Part shown: positions 36,242-45,046 of the stretch, piece after piece | Layout of the letters: each line of letters starts with the position of its first letter | Numbering within the stretch: position 1 is the first letter of the stretch | Assembly (NCBI GenBank): GCA_016748015.1 | Contig: JAAOMT010000295.1 | Span: forward strand, 868,001 to 932,000 | Direction: 5' to 3' | Length of the DNA stretch: 64,000 bases | Origin: Geosiphon pyriformis uo1 | Lineage: Eukaryota > Fungi > Glomeromycota | Made by a program: the position numbers and the translations under genes | The notes under the pieces: model-generated | Seen by the model: only the letters and a program-made list of their open reading frames with translations | Database searches by the model: none | Told to the model about the DNA's origin: nothing

Positions 36242-39200
36242 GTGGCGACTGCCTCAGACATCACAACCTTAAAGTATTATCAATTAATTTACACACACTA
36301 CAAACAACAATTTGAAATACACGATGGAATCATAGCTTTCAAGAAAACACTTTTTCAATACATCGAAAATCAAATCAATGACTACCTCTTTGGGAACTAT
36401 AACATTACAACAGTTAAAAGAGATCTTCTTGAGAACATACTACACTATTCTAACACTGAATTAGAAAACATTAGTGCTGAAGCTTGCGCTACTTATTTTG
36501 AGGAACTCGATTATAATATTATTTGATTCTGTGAAGAAAAATATCTTGCAAATGCACAATTTGCCTTTGAATTCGAATTTGATCCTGAAACCAGTAGCAA
36601 CAAAAGACAAAAAGATAACCGACCTGTTCACACAACACCCAATACTCCCAAAATATCATTCAAACATCTACAAACATCTGAACAAAAAACCAGCTCAAAA
36701 CTTCCACTTACTATCATACCTTTTCCAGCTTCACTTGCACAAGCACAAACATTTAATTCACCCTTGAATCAATTTGCAAGACCAGAAGATTTTACATCAC
36801 TCAGAAGTCCCACCAGACAACAAGAACCTCTTCAAACTAGTTCCAATCTCCTTGATTTTCTAGCTGAAAATCAAAGTGAACACTCTGAGACAGCAGCAAA
36901 CGAAGAAAACAACTCTGAAATAACTGAAAAAGAATCAATAGACAGTGAAAACGAAGAAGACAAAATGACAACATACATCACAAAAATCCCTGACTTTAAT
37001 GGAGAAAACATTGAGACCAGTCCTCAAAAATGGCTCGACCAAGTTACTAAAGCTGGAGATGCAAATGGATGGAATGCCACCAGAATGTTAAGAACAATTC
37101 CATACTTTCTCAAAGAAACAGCAGGAGAATGGTTTGAAAACCTGGCCGCCCCATTCAATGATTGGAACGCTTTCAAAGCAGCCTTCCTTGAACAGTTCAC
37201 CGACAATAATACCTCCATCACTCTTCGCAATCGTTTTCAAAATATCAAACAAGAACCCTCTGAATCTGTTATGACTTATATTGGGAAATTCAACAAACTT
37301 CTCAGATGGATTTGCCAACTCGAGACAAATGATTATTATTCTGATGCTCAAATCTTGGATCAATTTATTGCTGGTCTAAAAGATAAACTAATTAAAAAGG
37401 TTTGCCCACACGCGCCAGAAGATTTAAACTCTGTCATACAGCATGCGAAAAGATACGAAATGCCCATGGAAGAGGCCAATCATACAAAACTTGTAAATTT
37501 GGCAATTGGAGAAACCAGCTCAGCAGCTGAGGAAAAAATTGACCAACTCACAAAGAAGGTCGAAAACTATTTTACCAACCAACAACAACAAAGATATCAA
37601 CCACCCCAAAGACGAAATCAAAATAACTTTGCACCACTTTTCAATAACCAGCTCCAGAATTGCCATTACTGTGGAATCTCTGGCCACTGGAAAAGAGATT
37701 GCAGAAAGTTACAATGAGACCAACAAAATAGGGATAATTAATGTTACTCTCCACCACAGCAATCTTATTATCAACCATTACCACCAGCTTACTATCCACC
37801 AAAACCCCAATACCAAAATAACTATTATCAGCCCACTCCACAACCAATCCAACAGCAATACCAACAACCACCCACACAACATTATCAAGTACCTGCTCAA
37901 AGACTGATTACACAAAATCAATTCACACCACAAAACTGATACCAAGTAAACAACAGTAGAATCAGTTCAAACAACCAATTGGTTCCCCGAAATACCACTC
38001 AACTAAGACCTAACCACTACCACACTCAACCCAGTTATTTAACAATGCCAGAAGAACAGGATTTTCACCATACTGCACTCTCGGAAGGTAGAGCTACAGC
38101 ACAACAACAACAAAACCCTTCTCATAACCACACCACAATTCCACCAGCCCAAATTGCTGAAAACACCAATCTCTCTGATATCTTTCCTTTCAAATTTGAA
38201 GCAAATGAATCACCATTCTTGCTTAGCAATACAGCGGCTAATGAGCAAAAAGCCATCACTGCAATGTACACAGAAGCTGAAGTAAAAGGAAAACCAATTC
38301 ACTTGATCCTAGACAGTAGATCCGCCGGAAGCATTATCACCTACCAGTTGATACAACAGTTGAAAAAAAATGTCAACCGACCAGCTCAAACAGTAATTGT
38401 CACTGCTGATGGCATGAAAAAGACCCCAGTAGGAGAAATTGACAATTTTCTGTTCACTCTTGATGGAATTACCATTCCAGTCAAAGTTCTTGTAATGAAT
38501 GCACCCCAATACCAAGCTCTCGTCAGAAATGATTGGCTTCAAAAAGCCAATGCTAATCTGAATTGGGAAACACAAGAGTTAACAATCTCCTACCAAGAAC
38601 AACACGCCCAGGTACCTGCCATTTGTGATACATTCAACAAACGCTCTGAAAAAGCCCCAGCTTTTGAATTCGAACTGGAAGAGAAAAAACCCCTCATTGA
38701 AACATTCATGGCTCTTGGATCAATGTCCAACTGGGCCGATGAAACAGAACAAAAACATTTTACTCCACACTCTGAACCCGAAACCTCTGGATAAAATATC
38801 CCTTACTCAAAACCCAAACCAAGGAAACAACACCCCTATATTTCCCTTAAATGTAAGAACTGCCACAAAAAACTATCGTCAATGAGAGCCTGCATTTCAC
38901 CTGAAGAAGAATATGAGAATCATACTTGTTATTACTGCAAGGCTTGCCACAGAGAGTGATGGGGCCATCTAATAAAAAGGAGCAGAAAATGGGACAACAC
39001 CCTTTGTTTGACTTGTGGAGATATGCTACTGGAAGAATGCAATTGGATTGATGTAGCAATGAGAGGAGGCATCTGTGATCAGACCTGCCAATATGCTTTA
39101 TCAATTTCAGAAAAAGTAAAAAGAGGAACACCCTTTAATGCAGCATACAATAGTGCTTTCAACAAACTTTATTACTACCCTCATGATGCTGAGATGATTT

Positions 39201-41844
39201 TCGACTTAGCAATGGCATTAATTAATGGAGCTACCAAAGAAGATGTTTGTTAATGAAGGAAGCAGAATATATTGAATACACTATAGAATTAGCTGGATTC
39301 GATTACGAAGATGAAGTAGAAGTCTACCACCAAATTGCAAGTCACACCTATCCAACTCAAAAAGCTCAAATTCAATGATTAGAGCAAATGAACATTAGGC
39401 TATGTGAAGAATGCATTATGTCTTGTAATGAACAATGGTGTTCTGAATGCTATGCTCTTAGTATCCCCTTGCCCAGCGAAAATAATGAGAATGAAATTGA
39501 ATTTGGAGAACCTAAAGAAACGGAAGAAATTGAAACAACACCCATCTACCTTATCGAAAATCAGCCTGCCTTACAACTTAAATATTTCAACAACAACGGA
39601 CAAGAAATAAAACCTGAAAAAGCACACGAAATTGATGCTGGATATGACCTAAGATATCCAGGCAAGGATACTCTTGTTCTCAAACCCAAATCTCTCACAA
39701 AAATCAATCTCAAAATTGCACTCGAAATCCTGCTAGGAGCAATAGTTCAAATTGCCTCCCGGTCCTCTCTGGCAAGCAAAGGAATCAATGTTAGAGGAAG
39801 AATAATTGATGCTGGATATATTGGAGACATAACAGTGATGCTTCAAAATAAAACTGACAAACCATTCAAGATCGAACATGCTGAAAAAATTGCCCAAGCT
39901 ATTTACCTACCCTTAATCAACATTTCGGGTTTGCAACTAGTCAATCAAAGAGAACAATTAGGAAAAAGCGATAGAGGAACCCAAGGTTTTGGTTCAACTG
40001 GACGATTCACAGTTCCAGTTAATATAGCACTTAACACACAGAATGAATCCCATCAGATTCTCAGACTTCCACAACCGATTACTATCTCACCCTTTGAAAA
40101 ACATCCAGAAATCTACACCTGCCCAAAGTCAACAACCACACAACAAATTTTTGAGTCCAATGAACAAGTCTGCTTGGAACATAATATTTTGATCCCAAAC
40201 ATTTATATTCTAGAAGGAACAAAGAAAGTCCGAGTTACTTTTTACAACCCCAATAATTACCCCATAATTTTATTAAATAATTTAGAAATTGGAGTTATTC
40301 ACAGTAATATATTTCAACAAGAATTACCCCAAATAGTTCCCAATTTCTCTGAAATTATTGGACATTCAATACCAAAAACCAACCCAAACCCCAGCTCCGA
40401 AAACTACTATGTTGTCATGGAAAAACTATCTCAAATCAACATGGGACAACTTGAACCACAACAACAGACCCAGCTCAAAGAGCTAATTGCAGAATTTGCT
40501 GACATCTTTGCTGAAAACAACAATGACTTAGGAAGAACTGATTTGGTTTAACACCAAATCTATATAGGAGATGCCAAACCAAGACAACAACAAGCCTACC
40601 GAGTTGTCCCAGAAAGTCACCAATTTATCTGAGAAGAAGTACAACGGATGCTTAACAATGGGCTTATTCAATCATCAATGAGCCCATGGGTCTCACCTGT
40701 GGTCCTAGTTAAAAAGAAAAATGGAAAGATACGATTTTGTGTTGATTACCAACAACTCAACAATGTCACCATTGGGGATGCCTACCCTCTTCCCCGAATT
40801 GATGACATGTTGGATGTTCTTGAAAAGTCCAAATACTTTTCAACATTAGATTTAGAGAGTGGATACTGGCAAGTTGCTATGGATCCCAAAGACCGCCCCA
40901 AAACAGCATTCACCACTCAAGGAGGAAATTACGAGTTCAATGTAATGCCTTTTGGATTATGCAATGCACCAGCAACATTCCAAAGACTCATGGATGTTGT
41001 TTACAAAGGCCTCTTTTGGAAATCAGTAGTAGTTTATCTTGATGACACTGATGTTTATTCACCATTTTTTGAGCTACATTTAATTCACCTGCGAGAAGTT
41101 TTTCAACGATTACGGAAAGCAGGATTGAAACTGAACATTGAAAAATGCTACTTTGGAAAAACAAGTTTAGCTTTTCTTGGTCACATTGTTAGCAAAGATA
41201 GAATTAAACCAGACCCCAGAAAAATCAGTACTGTCAAGAACTTTAAGACTCCACAAAATACCACAGAATTAAGAGGATTTATTGGATTAGCATCCTATTA
41301 CTGAAAATTCATCAAAAGATTCTCAGAAATTACAAAACCCCTCAACCAGCTCACTACTAAAAATGTTGAATACAAATAGACAGAAGAACACCAAAATGCC
41401 TTTGAGATACTTAAGAAAAAACTCACAACAGCTCCAATCTTCGCCTACCCAGATTTCAGCAACTGATTCCGGTTAGCAACTGACACCTCTTATACTGCCT
41501 TTGGTGCCATCCTATCACAGTTAAATGACAATGGAAATGAGCGAGTAATTGCTTATGCTAGTAGAACATTAAAGCCAGCCAAAAAGAACTACCCCGCAAC
41601 AGAATTAGAAACCGCAGCAGTAATCTGGGCCCTACATCACTTCAACCTTTATCTCAGACCCAAAGAATTTGATATTATCACTAATAATATTGAACTTAAA
41701 TGGCTTCAAAACAAAAACACCCAGCTGAACGCAAAACAAACCCAATGGACAGGATTTTTAGCTAATTACCAATACATCGTATACCACAAACCAGGAAAAC
41801 TCTACACCAATGTTGATTGTCTCTCAAGAATGAGACAAGATTAG
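36242..41844 (+). pseudogene. A2 Gag-PR-(Cys-rich)-dUTPase-RT-RNase H polyprotein, single ancestral ORF of ~1870 codons
   Basis: One frame from 36242 to 39253, a 1-nt deletion relative to A1, then one frame to the stop at 41842-41844. Motifs CHYCGISGHWKRDC, LILDS(G>R)SAGSII, dUTPase I-V (DAGYDLR, ASRSSLA, IIDAGY, KIAQAI, RGTQGFGSTG) and VYLDDT. Confidence 0.92.
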
Positions 41845-41893
41845 AAAACAAAACCAACACCCATTTGAATTAACAGCATCAAAACAACAAACA

Positions 41894-43279
41894 ATAAACC
41901 CTGAAAACTACAACAATCTCAAACAATATTTGGAGACATTAACAATCCCAACAGATTGGTCCCCAGATGAAAAACATCGGTTACAACAACAAGCCAAACA
42001 ATATTTTCTATACAACAACATTATCTATCATCGAAATTCCAAAAACCCAACCAAACCACTCAGATTAATACAAAAACAGAAAAAAGAGACCATTTTATAC
42101 AATATGCACTCAGATCCTTCATCAGCACACTTCGGAAAAGATAGCACCATTCAAAGAACACTAGAATACTACTTTTGGCCTCAAATGAGAAAAGACATTC
42201 ACAAATATGTCGAATCTTGTGATAGTTGTCAAAAAAGAGGAGGAACTCACCCTACAGAACCTTTAAATCCAATCAAAGTTGGACAGCCTTTTGACAGAGT
42301 TGGTATCAATTTAGTTGAACCACTATCTATTACCACTTAAGAAAACTGTTATATTGCAGTAGCTGTAGACTATCTTACTAAATGGCCTGAAGCCAGAGCC
42401 ATTTAACGAGCAGATGCAAAATCAGTAGCAAATTTCATCTACGAAGACATCATTTGTAGACATAGATGTCCAATTGAACTTTTATCCGATCAGGGAACAC
42501 ACTTTGTGAACAATCTGATACAAAAAATTTGTGAACAATTCAATATCAAAAGACCTCTGTTTTCACCCTACCATCCACAAACAAACAGACTTGTGGAACG
42601 TTTTAACAGAACATTGTGTGAGTCATTAGCCAAAGTCTCAACCGATTTTGAGCAAGAATGGGATCTCTTTATTCTATTAGTGTTACTAACATATAGGACA
42701 TTAAAACAAGATACCACGAAACACACACCATTTGATTTAACTTATGGAAGGACAGTAACACTACCAATTAAGTTCACAGTGGAAACATACCCAGCACAAC
42801 CAATCAATAAAAACAATTTCCAAGAAACGCTTCAGCAAAGAGCCTACACTCTGCTTAGCACATTGGAAAGAAAATGACAAATAGCAGCCACCCATATTGA
42901 ACACTCCCAAGCTCAACAAAAAGAACAGCATGATGACAAATTGCCTTCAGTCACCAATAAATTCAAAATTGGAAACAAAGTTCTCTTACACAGAACTAAA
43001 GCTGAAAAACAATGGAGTGGAAAATTTGAAAATAAATGGAATAGACCATTCTTTATCCATGAAGTCCTAGGCAATGGATTATACAAGCTAAGACTTGATG
43101 ACAAAATCCTAGCAAAAGTTGCACATGGAGATTGTTTGAAACACTATCATTCCAGAAACAATCCTGAATTATTAATTCCACAAATTGGTACACATTCCCC
43201 TTTGGTCAGTCCTGAAGATATTCTCCGAAACTTAGAACCAATAGTTGTCATTGAACAACCTTCCAACCTGAACACTTAA
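41894..43279 (+). pseudogene. A2 integrase as a separate ORF (start ATG decayed to ATA)
   Basis: ATA at 41894 aligns with the A1 ATG. HHCC, SDQG, QTN.LVERFNRT, WN(G>R)PFFI..GNGLYKL; ends EPIVVIEQPSNLNT*. Confidence 0.88.
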
Positions 43280-43441
43280 TTTAATTTTACTAGTTATTCT
43301 CTTATAATTTAGAAACAATCTCACAAAAACAAAACAAAACAAAAATAACATAAAAACCCATACACCAAAAATAATTTTTTATTTTTTCAATTGCTTATAA
43401 TGACTATTCCTTAAAACATTCAACAATTATCCCAAAAACTA

Positions 43442-44113
43442 ATGTTAGCTTTAAAAACAATACCTGAATTATCTATTACTGTTACTGGAAACTACATAAA
43501 TTATACCCAAACAGAAGTAGTTACAAATTTAGCCCCAAATTCACGAAAATATTACCTGTATAAAAAGAACACAAGAAGTTATACTGGAATTCACCTGCCA
43601 GAACTTTTAAAGCTTGCTTTAAAAGAAAACCTAATGCTCACTCCAATTAGTATTCCACCAAATACTACAATTCAACAAAAACTTCAACTGTGTCACAATG
43701 AGGAAAACACTGAATATCCTCCAATCTATAGATATTTTTACATTGGAAAAACACTTTACAAATGGAAACTGGAACTTACAACAGCAAACCTCACAAAAGA
43801 AGCTATTCAGAAACAACTCCACAACGAATTCAAGACAACAGCTGGTTCAACAAACAGTTGCTACAGGCTTAGAGCTGCTCTTAGACTTTATGACCTATTC
43901 CACACCTGTGAAAACGTACTACAAAACCAAATTTTTCAACCTTTGAAGATTCAATACATTGGAAAGCTCACAGAACTGAAATTTCAACAATTTTCAGACC
44001 AAATTTCTTCAATAATTTTGGATTATTATCTGGAAATAACAGACAGTACTTGGACTTTGATAGAGCTCAGTTTTGAGAAAGAGGTTATGTTACCAGATGA
44101 AATTATCTCATAA
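43442..44113 (+). CDS. A2 ORF3: unknown 223-aa protein in the env position, frame still open
   Basis: Uninterrupted ORF conserved with A1 that crosses the PPT into the 3' LTR. No signal peptide or transmembrane stretch is visible. Confidence 0.8.
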   Translation: MLALKTIPELSITVTGNYINYTQTEVVTNLAPNSRKYYLYKKNTRSYTGIHLPELLKLALKENLMLTPISIPPNTTIQQKLQLCHNEENTEYPPIYRYFYIGKTLYKWKLELTTANLTKEAIQKQLHNEFKTTAGSTNSCYRLRAALRLYDLFHTCENVLQNQIFQPLKIQYIGKLTELKFQQFSDQISSIILDYYLEITDSTWTLIELSFEKEVMLPDEIIS

Positions 44114-44281
44114 TTCCTATCATTAATTAGCATATATTATCATTTCAAATTATCACTTATTACTTAGCAAAGAATGTCCGAAATTATCATTTAATTAATA
44201 ACCCAAATTGTATACAACACAAATGTAACCTAATTGCGATGATCAATCATGCAATACTCCAAACTATGTAACATTCAAAAG

Positions 44282-44392
44282 TTCGCCAAAATTTATAAAA
44301 ATTCGCCGAAATAATTGATAGTTCACCAAAATATCTAATAGTTTGCAGAAATAATTTGTAGTTTGCCGAAATGTATCTTTAATTCAGTGAAA
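44282..44392 (+). repeat. Six TTCGCCGAA-type palindromic sites at 20-bp period in LTR-A
   Basis: Units start at 44282, 44302, 44322, 44342, 44362 and 44383, and the array recurs in the other LTR-A copies. It lies upstream of a TATA-like tgtataaaag (~44442). Confidence 0.8.
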
Positions 44393-45046
44393 TTGTAGAA
44401 AATAGCAAAGTTCAAGTTCATAGAATAGTGTTACGACAAGTTGTATAAAAGAAGAGCTTCTCTCTTCGAGAAAATGTATCTTACTTTAGATTTATCACTT
44501 AGAACCATTCATACACACACAGAAAAAAAATAAATATCAAATAATTTGAAAAACCAAATTCTTTAATTATTGCACTTGGAAAATCTCCAAAACCCAACTA
44601 ATGTTTTGAAATTGATTAGCTACCAATTTCAGTAAACTGTTAGTGATTCCAGGCCTGGATAGAAAACGTTTCCCTTGATAAAATCCTATTTCTTTTACAC
44701 TTTTTTTATTTTTTTTTTCTTTTCTTATTACAATCATTAGGGTAGCCTACAGACGAGATTCCTGTAGAAAAGTTGACTTTCACAGCAAAGTAACTACACA
44801 TTTTTAGTGAGCTTCCAGATGAGCAATTCCTGGGAAAGAGTTGACATTTACTACAACGTAACTACATAAAGCAACTGGCATGGAATTGGCCATTCCACTC
44901 ATAAGCCCAGCAAGTTCAAATTATAGGAGATAATTTGAAGTTAAAAATTCAGTTACTGGAGGTTCAACCACACCCAGGAAACGTGAATTCACAGCAAATA
45001 AGTATCAACAACATTACAGAAAAGAGACCAAAAACCTTCAGTAACA

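Larger units (their letters stand above)
35216..45046 (+). mobile_element. A2: full-length family A element inserted antisense into A1; LTRs 35216-36199 and 44088-45046
   Basis: LTR pair, PBS tggtgctctccc at 36202, PPT gagaaagaggtta before 44088. Flanks TCAG/TTGG are a decayed TCGG TSD, and excision restores the A1 frame W-T-T-E-H-Q. Confidence 0.93.

Noticed and set aside
36088-36315. Recurring ORF MKLKIQSLEVQPHP.. at the 3' end of LTR-A (also 44935-45147)
   Set aside because: It recurs only because the LTR is repeated. The start is ATG in one copy and TTG in the other, the downstream part differs with the flank, and there is no recognisable motif.
41304-41470. Other in-frame stops in pol as programmed read-through sites
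   Set aside because: They look like CGA>TGA or TGG>TAG changes. Where I compared with the sister copy the codon is sense, unlike the RH/IN stop shared by all copies.
43442-44113. env gene / endogenous retrovirus
   Set aside because: The ORF is too short and lacks a signal peptide, cleavage site and transmembrane anchor.
35216-45046. Assembly artefact explaining the inverted A1/A2 arrangement
   Set aside because: The copies are clearly diverged (different LTR subtypes), and the junctions carry a decayed TSD that restores the interrupted reading frame.
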